Under the pieces are notes generated by a model. It was not told where the DNA came from. It did no database searches and worked only from the letters and a program-made list of their open reading frames with translations. This document shows, one piece after another, positions 26,341-41,765 of a DNA stretch of 64,000 bases (the first letter of the stretch is position 1; each line of letters starts with the position of its first letter). Origin of the DNA: Octopus vulgaris. Lineage: Eukaryota. Location of the stretch: assembly GCA_951406725.2 (NCBI GenBank), contig OX597818.1, positions 98,208,001 to 98,272,000 of the forward strand, written 5' to 3'. The translations under genes were made by a program, and so were the position numbers.

Positions 26341-28619
26341 TATATATATATACTAAATTTTGAATTTAGTACCTTTGCGGACCACTAGAGGTCTGCGGAC
26401 CACAGATCTGGAACCACTGATGTAGCATATACTCGGACATTATCGATGAATTGCTGATTTGTGGATGTTTCTCATTTAGGCATGAGTGATGCAATTTTAA
26501 GAGGTGAGGAAGTCGTTTATAGCGAAAACATAGTACATTTTACCAAGCCATACATGTTCACGACGGGTGGCTGGCTCTTTATAACATATCGTCAAGTAAC
26601 CCGTGATCTTTTTTATTTTGTAATGCAATTCAGATCAAATAAAATGTTATAGGCGCATATCGTATGAAAATGTTTGAAAAATCATGTTTTAAAGTTAAAA
26701 AATTTGATAAAACATAGCAGACATTTCGTTTATCCCTTTAGATAATTATGTAAAATAAATTTGGAAATAAACACATTTGCAGGATGCTTCCACATGAGTG
26801 TGACTCAGTGCTTCTAGAGGTGAGTGATACCGCTCCCTGGGATGCATTAATATTTTTAATGTTTTTTTTATGGATACAAGAGACCCAGTGGGCAGTAGTA
26901 AAGTAATAGATACATCCTTTTTTGCCCTAATTTTCAAACATATTCCCAATTTATATTTTGTGTGGGAGCTGAAAGAATCGTTAGAGCGTTGGGCATATAC
27001 TGTGCGGCATACTTCTAATTCTTTACGTTATGAATTTGATTCCGGCCAAAAGTCAATGTTTTGTCCTTATGGGATCGACGAAATACTGAAGCCGTCAAGT
27101 ACTGGGGTCAATGAAATAGGACTAACACTACCCTCTCAAACCTGATGGATTGCGCTTCAATTAGAAACCAGTGTTACTTGTGTAAATATTATTTTGCATT
27201 CCTGATTAAATTTGATGAAATGACAAGTGCTATTTGCCTCTTGATGTTAATTAATACGTCGGAAGCATCTGTGTGTGTGTGTGTGTGTGTGTTAAGATTT
27301 ATTGAATCCTATCAAGGAGAGTTGAAAAAAACACTAAGAAAAAAAATGGAAGCGATAGTTTAAAATTATTCAAAAACGCTGGTCTAAAATATTAAAATAT
27401 ATTTTCAAAAATTCGTGGCGCACCTAGATATCTCTTTGTGACGTCAGTATAGTACGTGAATGCGAGTTAGCGAGGGATCTGTGCGTGGTCGCTCGACTTG
27501 TCAAATCTACCTCAAATCATTCTGCACCGCACCGTCATTAAAAAAGAGAATGGACATCCGATAATGGATAATGTATTCGGAGATACTTAATGCCTGGAAA
27601 GATGGGATGGTTACGATTGGAAAGCTTTTCGACACAGATCTCCTTCAGAGCTAACCTGGTGCTAAATAACAACTACATCACTTAGGTCAATGGCGTCTCT
27701 TTGATATGATTGATCACAGAATTTGGGAATCTCCGACCTGCAGGCTATCATTTCGGTATTTTGGAAGACTAGTTGCAACTTGTACGCTGTTGTGTCTGTT
27801 GTTAAGTAAATATATTTAATAGATAAAGAAATACTTGCTGGAATTTTAGTTTACTTTGCCATATATTATAGACAGCGATATCTAAGATTAGTTGATAAGT
27901 AAATATAAAAATATACTACGTAGTTATATACAATTAGTTGAAAAAGTGACACCTCTTTATCTCAATGTCTTCTTCAGAACTCCTCCTCCTCCTCCTCCTC
28001 CTTTTCTTTTCCTTTTTCTTGCAGTTAGAGTGATCGAAGTCGGGGAAGCTAACAAGATAAGTTTGACAAGACTATCAGTATTAGTCTGTTCAAAGATCCA
28101 GTATTCGGCAAGGCAATAAATAGCACTAATTATTGTAATTTATTTTTTAACTACAAGGACGTTTATACTTAATGCAAAACGGTTATAAAACGCTTACAGA
28201 AAGAATGTGGTCAGCGTTCTCTCCAACTCGGCTTTAGGGATCATATGAAAACTTAATCACTTAAGAGTTAGACTAATCTAAAAATCTCAAGTTGTGTCCT
28301 GCTGAAGTGCCCAAACCAGGGCTCTTCATACTCGACATCATTCTCGACAACTATGATAATAATCCTTTCTACTCTAGGCACAAGGCCCAACATTTCTTTG
28401 GAGGGAGAGAGGGCAGTCGATTAGATCGATCCCAGTACGCAACTGGTACTTAATTTATCGACTCCGAAAGGATGAAAGGCGAAGTCGACCTCGGTGGAAT
28501 TTGTGATAATAATAAAAGAATTATATACAAAAATATGTACGCTCTTTTTACACTTTGATAAACATTTCTCAACATAAGCCACAAATAAATGCTCAGAAAC
28601 AATTCGTTCCCTTGAGTGG

Positions 28620-29084
<465 letters not shown>

Positions 29085-29144
29085 AAATATATATGTATAT
29101 ATATATATATATATATACTTTATTTTAAGCAGCAGAAAATTCAA

Positions 29145-29194
29145 CAAAATCTGTTACTCTGAGTTTCTCGTTGCCGTTCATCAGACAGTTTTTG
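29145..29194 (-). ncRNA. Minimal type I hammerhead ribozyme motif, canonical core
   Basis: Minus: CAAAAACTGT-CTGATGA-ACG-GCAA-CGA-GAAA-CTC-A-GAG-TA-ACAGATTTTG. Helix I 9/10 paired, GNRA-capped helix II (first pair A-A mismatch), GUA triplet. Confidence 0.7.
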
Positions 29195-29197
29195 CTA

Positions 29198-29265
<68 letters not shown>

Positions 29266-29949
29266 CCTTCGAAACGCGGAGTAGATGAAAAAGAGGTGGC
29301 TGAAGAAGGGGAATGTTCCTTGTGTTGTATGTCTTGTACTCTATATTTTCGTTGTTTAAGAAAAATGTCCATTTCCTTGGTTTTGTGTTTATATTTTTGT
29401 TTCTCATTGTGCCCGACGTTTTTTGTTTTTTTGGTGTCCTGTACCCATATATACATGTATATATACATATAGATGTAGGTACGTACATATATGTATGTAT
29501 ATATGCATATGTTTTATTTATTATATTGTTATTGGTGTGCCTACCAGATGTATAACAGTTTCTTCCTTTTTTTTGTATAAATTTCTCGACCATGATGGCG
29601 CTTTTTTTCATTCTCAACATACCTCGTCCATATTTCTCTTTTTTCTAGGAGCTTGTTCATATCATGAAATTTCTTATGAGCCACAACAACAAAGAGAATA
29701 GTTGTTGTTGCTGTTGTAATTGTTATTTTTTTAAATGTTTATTTACGTTTTTAACTTATCAGTTTACGTGTTTCTTTTTTTTTTTCAAGTTAAACTTTAA
29801 ATGTTTGTAATTGTAAATCTGCCTGTGCAATCGTCATGTTATCTATTGTTGCTGCTTTTTAATCTGCTTCCGTGTTTAAAAATTCTTGGGTGGTAGCGTT
29901 TAAATTTCTGGGGTTTTTTTTTTCCGTTGCTACCAATATTTTGACACAT

Positions 29950-30158
29950 ACTCTTTTACTCTTTTACTTGTTTTAGTCATTTGACTGCGGCCATGCTGAA
30001 GCACCGCCTTTAGACGAGCAAATTGACCCCAGAACTTATTCTTTGTAAGCCAAGTACTTATTCTATCGGTCTCTTTTCCCGAACCGCTAAGTTACAGGGA
30101 CGTAAACACACCAGCATCGGTTGTCAAGCGATGTTGGGAGACAAACACAGACATACAA

Positions 30159-30234
<76 letters not shown>

Positions 30235-30334
30235 TATATATACACATATACGACGGGCTTCTTTCAGTTTCCGTCTACCAAATCCACACACAAGGCTTTG
30301 ATCGGCCCGAGGCTATAGTAGAAGATACTTGCCC
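29950..30334 (-). mobile_element. SINE family A, 5' truncated
   Basis: Reverse complement of family A body and tail. Confidence 0.85.
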
Positions 30335-30389
30335 TACAAATTACAAATAACTATTATGTAGAAATAAGCACATTAAAAACAAAAATACT

Positions 30390-33350
30390 AAGAGAAAACC
30401 TTTTTTTTCCATCCTAGAAAAATGGAGAGATTAAATAATTTAGAAGTCTAGAATGAAAAGTAAACAAAAACCGAATGAAGATCGTTTTTCATAAATTAAT
30501 CCATGAAAAGTCACATTCTAAACAAAGGCAAAAACAACTTCTTCTATGACTGGTTGAAAGCTACAAATTTGGTTGGAAGAGGTAGTCGATAAAATCACCA
30601 CTTTATTTTATCGACACCAGAAGGATGAAATTTAAAATTGACCTCAGTGCGATTTGAACTCAGAGCATAAATGCTTGGAATATATACCGAAATGGTAACA
30701 GGATTCGCACCCTTCAGATATTAGAAAAGCTAGAAGCTCTAAAACAGAAGTTCGTGTTTCCTGATAAGACCAACAACCTGCATGGAGTCACTAATGATCT
30801 ATATAATAAGTTGTTGAATGATACCATTTCTTATTTCTTTACTGCCCACAAGGGGCTACATACAGAGGGGACAAACAAGGGCAGACAAACGGATTAAGTC
30901 GATTACATCGACCCCAGTGGGTAACTGGTACTTATTTAATCGACCCCAAAAGGATGAAAGGCAAAGTCGACCTCAGCGGAATTTGAACTCAGAACGTAGC
31001 GGTAGACGAAATACCTATTTCTTTACTACCCACAAGGGGCTAAACACAAAGAGGACAAACAAGGACAGACAAATGGATTAAGTCGATTATATCGACCCCA
31101 GTGTGTAACTAGTACTTATTTAATCGACCCCGAAAGAACGAAAGGCAAAGTCGACCGCGGCGGAATTTGAACTCAGAATGTAGCGGTAGACGAAACACCG
31201 CTAAGCATTTCGCCCGGCGTGCTAACGTTTCTGCCGGCTCACCGCCATAATGATATGATACCATTTCTACTAAATATAAGAAAGCTAGCATAGATGGAAA
31301 CAATGATATTAATGATGAGGCTAAATTCATCTCTACACATAGTAAAGTTGATGACAGATTAGAATGATTAGCAAAAAAGGAAAATTTTCATTACTCTAAA
31401 AGACTAAAAATCCAATTTCAGTAAGAAGCCCACTTATAGACTGTTAAACCAAGCGAGGATTGAAATCGGTTCAGTAGCCGAAAAATGCTAAAGAATATTA
31501 ATATCAGAATTAGAGAGACTACTGTGCTCCAGCAATGGAATAAAAGCTTGATTTAAGAAGTTAAGTAATAATAATGTTTTAGAGAAGCAGAGGGTCGGCG
31601 GGCGCTTTCTGTCTTCTCCCATCTTTATCATTTTTGGATCACAATCATTCGCCTCATTAATGTCTATGTCCAGCCCGCAAAGCTACCTTATCTATGTACG
31701 GCCTACATGGCAATTTTGATAAATGAATAAAAGTAATAAGCACAGGGCCAGATTTACTCAGATTGATATTATAGATTTTCATCCATCAATATCGAAATTG
31801 CTGCTTGATAAGGCAATTGAACTAGCAAAGCATAGGTTAATATAGACCACATAAGACTTTATCATGCATGTGAGAAAAACACTTCTGTTTAGTAAGCACT
31901 CGACATTGGTTAAAAAATCCGAGACAGATGAATTGTTATATGTATCGACAAGATCGTATGACTGCAGACATCTGCGATCTTGTGGGTTTCTCTATATCAA
32001 CTACACTTAGAGCCAACTTTTCATCTCACGATATTGGTCTACATCAAGATGATGAGTTGGGAATATTTCATAGTTGTGATGCTCACACTCTCGATAAATT
32101 TATGGAAAAAAATTCATTGATACTTTTAATCAGTTACGCCTCAAAATAACTGTCACTTCTAATGTCAAAAGTAGATTTACTTTAGATGTTTCCCTAAGAT
32201 CTAAACTCCCGCTCGTATAAACCGTATCATAAAACAAAAGAGAAATTCTCCCACATGCACAAGCAGTCCTGTCAACCTCGCTATAGTATTTAAAAACCTG
32301 GTCGCTAGCGTCGATAATAAAGATATCTAATCGCTCTTCTTCTAAAGAGATAGTTTATAAGACGGTCCCTTACATTAATAATGCCCTAGCTAACAGCGGC
32401 TTCAAAGTTAAGATATATTACAGCCCTTTAAAAATACAAGTCAGAAAAACAGATCTAAAAATAGACCCAAGAAAATAATAGGGTCCGACGCTCTAACGTA
32501 GGCAAAAAAACTCTTGCCCTCTCTTAGATAAGCATTTCTCAGTAAACCATAGATAGAGGAGGATTTTAACAAACGGTCGATTAAAATATCATACACCTGC
32601 TGCTCCAGTATGAAGCGCATAACTAACTACTCGTAAGCATCACCAAGAGCCCACTACCAGTTGTAACTGTTGAGACCCTTAAGCTTGCCAACTTGACCAG
32701 GCATGTATGATAAACTTCATCGTATATGAGGCAGATGTCACGGCAATGCTTCAAGATGATTTAACCGAAAAGAAAAATTACATTGTTTATGTGAAGGTGA
32801 TTTCAAAAGACGTTATGCAAACTACATATCTTTTTTCCGACACATCGACAAAAGTGGAGCCAGTAAGTTGGCTCGCTACATATGGAGTTTGAAGACCAAT
32901 TGTACATCAGAATCAATCAATAGGGGAATTGTAGAGAAATCCGTGTCATGTGCTAATGGACCTAATAAATACAACTTATGCATAGCTGAAAGGTTGCACA
33001 TTCTTTTTAGATCTAAAAATTCCAATGCGCTACTAAGTTCCAGAGCCGAAATTTTCAGCAAATGGGCAAATTTCTTTTGGGGAAGTGGAGGACAAATCTG
33101 TCAGTTGAATAATTCTACAACAACTAGTTTAATTATGACTTCTACAGTTAAAAGGGACGTAACTAATTTTCTTTCTTTTCTTTCCTTTCTTTTTCCATTT
33201 TTAGTCACCCTTCTAATTTTTGCATCTACTTCTCGTTTTTCTCGTGAGTTCTCTTGTACCAGCGTCTTGATTTCCAAATAGAATAGACCATGTTTTTAGA
33301 GCGAGAAGATTGCTTGGAGACACAAGGTGTGTTATAAAAACGCATATCTG
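30390..33350 (+). pseudogene. Near full-length decayed Hydra-clade-like Penelope-like element
   Basis: Ordered plus-strand peptides VFPDKTNNL..YNKLLNDTISTKYKK, FITLKD*KSNF..P.YRLLN, FTQIDIIDFHPSIS.LLLDKA, ADICDLVG, IGLHQDDEL (YRDDG-like), SYTCCSSM, CNC..CQL, WSLK and YNLCIAE; many stops and frameshifts. Confidence 0.75.
30832..31247 (-). mobile_element. Dimeric SINE family C with 14-bp TSD, inserted in the decayed PLE
   Basis: ATGATACCATTTCT at 30818-30831 and 31255-31268; removing the SINE restores the PLE reading LLNDTISTKYKKA. Confidence 0.85.
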
Positions 33351-33592
33351 CTTCCATCAGCCAAATTCAGACACAAGCACTGGTCGCTAATTCTTTATTA
33401 GCGCTTTTGACTCCTCATATATGAGGAATTTTCACAAATAACAACGAAAGCGTTAATAAAGAATTAGCGAAATTCTGACTAACTCTTTTTTCTTAATATA
33501 TACTTTTGTACTCAAGGCACAAGGCCCGAAATTTTTCTTAATATATATATATATATACACACACATACATACATACACACACATATATACAC

Positions 33593-33634
<42 letters not shown>

Positions 33635-33683
33635 TAGAGTCCGCTGTGATCCGTGGGTAGGAGAGGTGCAGCCGGAGGGTAAG

Positions 33684-33736
<53 letters not shown>

Positions 33737-33766
33737 TATACATACATATATATGTATGTATGTATA

Positions 33767-33833
<67 letters not shown>

Positions 33834-34363
33834 ATGTGAGTGTGTATACATATAGACATACACAGGCACATTTATGTACATATACATATGTGAATGTATG
33901 CTTGTACCTATGTATATATGTATGTATAAATATATGTGTGAGTGACAGAGGCTGCGTCTTTAATATAGTCGTCGGTGAAGGCGTTTTGTTGTTGGCATCG
34001 GTTTATGTTGACGGAATGGTTGCTTTGGTTACAGTAACTATTTCATTTGTTATTGATGATAACAAAGTTTGGTCTAATCCGGAGGCACACCCTGATATCG
34101 TGGCGTGAGCTTTATCTTGATAAACGAACACGACAGAAGCAATGGAAATTTAAGAAAAAAAGCAAAATAAACAACCATAAATATATAAACATATAAACTA
34201 TAAATTACTGTCACTGTTTGTCCATATGGTCACGCACACAACACAAGCATATAGATACACACATTCATTCACATACATACACACATTTACACATAAACAC
34301 GTATTTATATTTGCTTAAACGTATACGCACTTGTACATGTATATGTGCCTCTGATTATATATT

Positions 34364-34410
<47 letters not shown>

Positions 34411-34436
34411 ATATATATATGTGTGTGTATGTATAT

Positions 34437-34483
<47 letters not shown>

Positions 34484-34755
34484 CATCTTTATTCATTTAT
34501 ATATATATATATGTATGTATATGTATATATATATATATGTATGTATATGTATGAGCATGTATATGTATATATGTGTATGCATGTATGTATGTATATATGT
34601 ATGTTCATGTATGAGTGTGTGTGTGTGTATTTGTATATATATATGTGTGTGTGTACGTATAAGCATGTGCTTGTGTAAATTTTCTTACATCGTACACATA
34701 TACACTACACAGCTGTGTTTCCAAACACATTCTTGTATATGGTTATGAGACACAA

Positions 34756-34791
<36 letters not shown>

Positions 34792-34852
34792 CACATTCTC
34801 TCTCTCATATATATATAGTATGTATAATATTACATTATATCTCTCTCTCTTT

Positions 34853-34931
<79 letters not shown>

Positions 34932-35059
34932 GCTAGCTAGCTAGCTACATAGATATATACATATATGTATATACGCATGTGTCGTCTGTGTATACGCATG
35001 TGGATATCCTACTATACATGGGCTGATCAATAAGTATCCGGACTGTCGGCATAGTAATG

Positions 35060-35179
35060 AAGCTAAAGCGCACAGAGTGAAGCTGCTTGGCACAGATTGA
35101 CCTTGAACTCTGCTGTGCATGCACAGCAGAGTTCAAGGTCAATCTGTGCCTAGTGGCTTCACTCTGCATGCTTTAACTT
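35060..35179. repeat. 62-bp perfect palindrome (35089-35150) within a ~120-bp foldback of a mariner-like MITE fragment
   Basis: GGCACAGATTGACCTTGAACTCTGCTGTGCA|TGCACAGCAGAGTTCAAGGTCAATCTGTGCC; preceded by TIR-like TACATGGGCTGATCAATAAGTATCCGGACTG. Confidence 0.9.
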
Positions 35180-35825
35180 TCAATATCAAACTGTTTTTGC
35201 TTTATGCTGAATATTAAAGTCTAAATATATATGATCAATGTTACTGCTACACCTTTGTGCTCTTTTAACCTTTTTATTCTTTAGCTAATTTCAGTCGTTC
35301 GACTGCGACCCTGCTGGGGCACCACCTTGATAGATTAAACCTTGAAAGGTTGAGTCCATCAATTTTGTTATGTATTTATTTTACCGTCCTCTTTTGCCGG
35401 ACCGCTAGATTGCCGGGATGTAATCAAACCAACACCGGTCATCATACTGAGGAGGGGAAAACATACATGCATACACACCCATAAATGCATGCACATACAC
35501 ATATATCCACATGCATGCACATACACATATATACACATAGACATGTATACACATATACATATACACATGCATAGATAGATATGACGGGCTTCCTCACAGT
35601 TTCCATATTCCAAATTTACTAACAGATTAAAGATCGGAGCAGGTCAAAGTACAAGACGTTTGCCCACGGCTCGGTGCTGTTGGACTAGAATCGAAACAAC
35701 GTGGTTGTGAAGCGAACTTGTTAACTACACCGCCGTACTGCACCTAGGTGGCGAAGAGTTTTACAAAGAATAACATCTAGACATTATTTAATATCTTTCA
35801 TGTTCGTTCTTCCTTGTACCTATCA

Positions 35826-36149
35826 TTTGTTATTTTATTTATTTATGTGCCCTTTTCAAGCCGAGCCAGGCGCATGGGTCCTGTTTCCCGGTTTCTATGG
35901 CGTATGTGTTCCTCCCAGCTGGACGGGACGCCAGTCCATCGCAGCGTTACTTAAGAAACAGGAAGAAAGAGTGAAAGAACGTTGGGGCGAAAAAGTACAA
36001 CAGGGGTCACCACCACACCACCTGCCGGAGCCTTGTGGAGCTCTAGATGTTTTCGCTCAATAAAAACACGACGCCCGGTCTGGGAATCGAAACCGCGATC
36101 CTCCGACCGCAAGTCCGCTACCCTAACCACTGGGCCATTGCGCCTCCAC
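35826..36149 (-). mobile_element. SINE with B1 head and a third tail type
   Basis: Minus starts TGGAGGCGCAATGGCCCAGTGG; the tail ...GACTGGCGTCCCGTCCAGCTGGG...GGCTTGAAAAGGGCACATAAATAAATAAAA differs from the other B1 copies. Confidence 0.8.
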
Positions 36150-37282
36150 ATATCATTTGTTATACACAATGAAATTTCATATATTTTCATTATGAATTTT
36201 GATACGGCTTGTATATGATCAACCGCCCTGGGGGAAATTGCTAAATCTTTCTCAAATCTCGTTCCACCGTCTTAAAAATGAAAATAGAGGATACATTGGA
36301 TTAAGCAGCTTGAAATAAAATAATTCTGAAACGGTTGGATAGTCATGGTTAGAGTGCCTTTGATCATAGATGAGCTCGACTAGAATTAAATGAACAATAA
36401 TTCAGTAATATTCCGTTATCTGACATATTTATTTTGCATATGCGGCTGTTTATAATTTATGTTAAGGATAAACATGTCAAGTTTTATCATAAAGTGAAGT
36501 ATTCCCTATCTAACGCATCTAACTCTGTCTCACCTCTTCACTACATTAACAACAATACGAGTCGTATAGAGATTTCTACGTGGTCGTTCAACATGCTAGA
36601 AATAGAAGCCAAATTTCCTACGAATCACTTCCGACTAACGTGAAGGTCGCATTGGTTAATATAGCTTGAAACACACTGAACCTGATAAAAATGGTGGGAT
36701 TGTCATGGTGGAAAACACCTTTGGTCATATATTTGCTCGATTAGATCAGATCATATTGGGCCTAAGCAGTAACATTACCATCACTAGCACCATCGTTTTT
36801 TTTCCATTTTCTTTTGCCTAACATCTAGGTTGCCGGGATGTAAACAAACTAACACCGGTCATCATGCTGAGGAGGAGCAAACACAGACACACATGTACCA
36901 CACACAAACACACACACACATTCACATATATACAACGATAGCAACAATAGCAGCAACAACATCAATAGCCCTCCCAGCAGTAGCAGCAACAATAACAACA
37001 GCAACAACAACAATAGCGACAAGAACAACCTAAATGTATAAAACATGACTTATCTTGGTGATGCTTTAGCGATCGGTCTACCACCGTAGACTTAGCGTAC
37101 GTTGTGAAATGTGACATTTCGTGGTAAATATTTAATATTCTTTTCTACTCTACTCACGAGGCCCAAAATTTTGGGGGAGAGGGCCAGTCGATTAGATCGA
37201 TCTCAGTACGCAACTGGTACTTAATTTATTGACCCCGAAAGGATGAAAGCATTTCGCCCGGCGTGCTAACATTTCTTATTAC

Positions 37283-37373
<91 letters not shown>

Positions 37374-37655
37374 CAAACACATACATACACACATGCAAAT
37401 GTATGTGTATGTGTGCATATATTGTATGTATGTACAGATAAGATCTTTCACCATAATGTGACAATTGGACACACATGCACTTTTCATTCTCCGTTATTAT
37501 CTCTCCATCTCTATCCTATCTTTCAGAAGACGAGTATATACTCGAAAAGTTAAAATCATTTATATCTACTTTCCCTCATTTCCTGACCATCAAAGTAATA
37601 CCAACTCTGCGTTTATTTTTACCTCGTCTCTGTGTTCTATTTTTCGTCATTTTTG

Positions 37656-37727
<72 letters not shown>

Positions 37728-38051
37728 GTATATATGTATGTATATATACATACATATACGCACTCACACACACAAACACACATACAAACATTGGTATGAT
37801 TTGTGTATGAATTTATGATTAGGCTAAATTATACGTATGTGAGAGGTGTATGTGTGCGAGCGGATGTACGTATGTATATGCTAACATACATGAAAATTAG
37901 TCTTTTAGATATAAATCGAAATAAACCAAGTGACCCGGTCCTGAATGTCAATAATTTTGTACTCTAAGTTTGACCTAATGAAGCCCTCCTCCCAACACAC
38001 ATACTCACATATACATTTATCTCTCTCTCTCTCCCTATCTATCTATCTATC

Positions 38052-38111
<60 letters not shown>

Positions 38112-38117
38112 AATATA

Positions 38118-38181
<64 letters not shown>

Positions 38182-39183
38182 GGTGTATGCGTGTGTGTCT
38201 CTATGTGCGTGTGTGCATGAGAGCATGTGAGTATACATATATGCATGAATGTTTGTATGTTAGATTTATGTCTGTATCTATGTATGTAAATATATATGTG
38301 TGTGTGCGTGCGTGCCTCTGTGTGTGTGTACGTATATGTGTATGTGTGCATATACACATACACAAAAACACAGACACAGATTTTCACACGCACATACTAT
38401 GTGTGCGTAAATGTGCAAACCTCACAAACATCAACTCGTGTGCACATTCATTTTCTCTCGCACTCTCTCTCTCTCTCCCTCCTTCTCTATTCCTCTCTCT
38501 CTCTCTTCCTCTCTCTCCCCCTCTGCCTCTCCCCACTCTCTTACACACACAATCGCACATAGTAATACCAAAATATAAAAAAAACATGTAAGGAAGACAG
38601 AAAAAAAAAACGTCATTGCACGATTATCATTCAAAGACTAATAACAGGTTTGCAAGAATTTCAAATTTCTTTCTTGCTTTAGTTTCTTTCTTGGCACCTT
38701 CCTACCTCTACGCGCCACCCGGTCGTGTATTGTCATGCACGCTACGCCTCATGTTTTTTGTTTACAAATATTTCAATTGTACTACTGGTCTTTATTATCT
38801 ATGTGTCTCATTATTCTCTTTGTTTACAAATAGACGCTTGCGTGACACCGTAGTGGAGGTGGGGGAGCTAAGAAAATGAAAAAAAAAAAATGAGAAAATA
38901 TAAATAAAGAAAACATTTTTTTTTACTTTCATTTCTGTCATTATTGTTGTTGTTGTTGTTGTGCTCGTCGTAGTTGTGCGATGATTCATGCATTTTTCTA
39001 TAGAAATTTCATTGAAATCGTACGAATAGTGAGCGTGCCATGAAGCCAGGTTTTTGTGTGGCAAGAATATAATCCAGTCTTATATGGGGGTCACTATATG
39101 TATGATTTGCGAGACCACAGGTCCTCATCTGAAAAGTATCCTTTCTAAGCACTGGCCTGGCCGCGTAAGATTTTCTTTTTTAA

Positions 39184-39599
39184 AGGCGGCGAACTGGCTG
39201 AAACGTTGACACGCCGGGCGAAACGCGTAGCCGTATTTCGTCTGCCGCTACGTTCTGAGTTCAAATTCCGCCGAGGTCGACTTTGCCTTTCATCCTTTCG
39301 GGGTCGATTAAATAAGTACCAGTTAAGCAATGGGCTCGATATAATCGGCTTAATCCGTTTCTCTGTCCTTGTTTGTCCTCTCTGTGTTTAGCCCCTTGTG
39401 GGTAGTAAAGAAATAGGTATTTCGTCTGCGTTACGTTCTGAGTTCAAATTCCGCCGAGGTCGACTTTGCCTTTCATCCTTTCGGGGTCGATTAAATAAGT
39501 ACCAGTTAAGCACTGGGCTCGATATAATCAACTTAATCCGTTTCTCTGTCCTTGTTTGTCCCCTCTGTATTTAGCCCCTTGTGGGCAATAAAGAAATAG
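39184..39599 (+). mobile_element. Dimeric SINE family C
   Basis: GGCGGCGAACTGGCTGAAACG head followed by two ~180-bp tandem units GTATTTCGTCTGC...AGCCCCTTGTGGG.A.TAAAGAAATAGG. Confidence 0.9.
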
Positions 39600-40438
39600 G
39601 CAGATTTTATTTTTTCCCTTTTTCTTTTTATTGTTTCATTCTTTTATATAAATTTTTTGTTACGATCACTGGGTTTCGGCCATACTTGGGCATCGCCTTA
39701 AAGGGTTTAGTCGAACAAATCGACCTCCCTTTTTTTTTTAAATAGTCTGGAATTTATTGTGTCAGATTATTTTGCCAAACAGCTACATTACGTGGACATA
39801 AACGAACTAACACCGGTGGTTAAGCGGTATAGGTACAAACACAAAGACAAACATACGTACATAAACATATGTACGTGTGTGTGTGTTTGCGTGTATGTGT
39901 GTGTGTGTGTGTGTGTTTGCGTGTATGTGTGTGTGTGTGTGTGTGTGCATTCGTGTGTGTGTGTGTGTGTCAATTTTACTTATTTCTCTGTCCATTGAGA
40001 AAATGATGAACAGACTTAACCGATTTTCTACGCCTAATAGAGTTTTACTAGAGGAGTTTGTGTCACTTGAACAATTCCAGAGAAATGAATAGCCATTCTG
40101 TTTATATATACACCGGCAGGCTTCCACACAGTTTCCGTCTGCCAAATTCTTTCGCAAAAAATTCGTTGGATGGTCTTCTTTTTCTTTCATAAAAAACCAG
40201 TAAGTTTTCATGCATGCAAATCTCCTCCTCCTCCTCCTCCTCCTCCTCATCATCATCATCATCATCATCATCATCGGAACTGATGCACTCCAGGGAAACA
40301 GTGAATGCCGACACAGCTTTGTACCAGTTCGTTGCTGTCAGATCGCCTGATGCCGGAACAGCTACGGCACACATTCACATATCCAAACACAACTTACACA
40401 CGACACAGAGGGATATAGAGAAAGAAGGAGAGAGGGAA

Positions 40439-40483
<45 letters not shown>

Positions 40484-41120
40484 CAAAACAGAGTGAGGGA
40501 GAGAGAGCGCGAGGAAAAGAAAGAGGGGGCGAGGGAGTGAGTCAGCCAAAATTATTATAGAATTGATTTATATGGTAAAATTTTCCCATCCCATTATCCC
40601 ATTCACGTCCTTTTTAACAGAGAAGATATAGTTCTTGGTATGCAAACCATATGATCATATCCCGACAGTCTGGGAGACTACTGAACTCTTATATATACAT
40701 AGGTATCATTATAAGATAACGGAGATGAGATACATATGTACAAGCAACGTAGTTTAAGCTTATTTAGTTGCAACCAGATAGCTGGCTCAATTTGCAAGAA
40801 GCTTATCTCTTGCACTAGAAGCTGTCATGCCTCACAACATGCCTTAACTTTTCACATGCATCCGTTTTTGTATTTGCAACATAAACAACTTAGTCCAAAC
40901 ACTGACTGCATCTATGACTGCAGGGCCTGAAAATATCCTCTAATGAGAACATTATAATGTAAGCGCCTTCAATACGAAAGTGCAACGACCAGACATGTCC
41001 AGACAAACAATAACTCACTATCCCAACAAAGAAACAGCAGATATATTATATCGAAGCAGAAGATATATTATATAATTTGTAAGGCTTTCGTGATGACTAT
41101 AGTTATTGACTAACATTTTG

Positions 41121-41650
41121 GTTTATTAACCTAATTCTGGTCCTCTGTAAGAAGGTCTATGTTGTAAGCGCCGAAACATCCAATGACCCCAGGATGCAAT
41201 GCTGATGATGTGCTTAAGTACTGCATCCGTTGATGTACGCTTAACTAAAATTCGAAAGCCCTTTCATAGTGAACATAGTTACTAACTCTAAATGTGTTTT
41301 TTTTTCTCTGACCACAATTACTTCTAAAAAGATTTTTAATGCTTACTATATTAAATATGTTAACACTAACTTAACTAGTGTATAATGTTACCGAGATTGT
41401 TCTTCTCTGCAGGTTAACACTGCTTCGTCTGTAGCACTTACATAGCCTTACCTGCCTTTTGGATCTTTTGGATAAAAAAAAACATTTCGGCGCGGAAGTG
41501 GCTGTTTGGTAAGAAGCTTGCTTCCTAACCACTTGGTTCCGGGTTCAGTTTCACTGCACGGCACTTGGGGTAAGTGTCTTCTACTATAGCCTCGGGCCAA
41601 CCAAAGCGTTGTGATTGGATTTGGTAGACAGAAACTGAAACAAGCCCGTC

Positions 41651-41690
<40 letters not shown>

Positions 41691-41719
41691 GTATGTATGT
41701 ATGTATGTATGTATGTCTG

Positions 41720-41765
<46 letters not shown>

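Noticed and set aside
40102-40374. Minus-strand ORF with poly-D/poly-E tract
   Set aside because: The tract is a (TCC)n(ATC)n microsatellite and the ORF runs into a SINE remnant; no recognisable domain.
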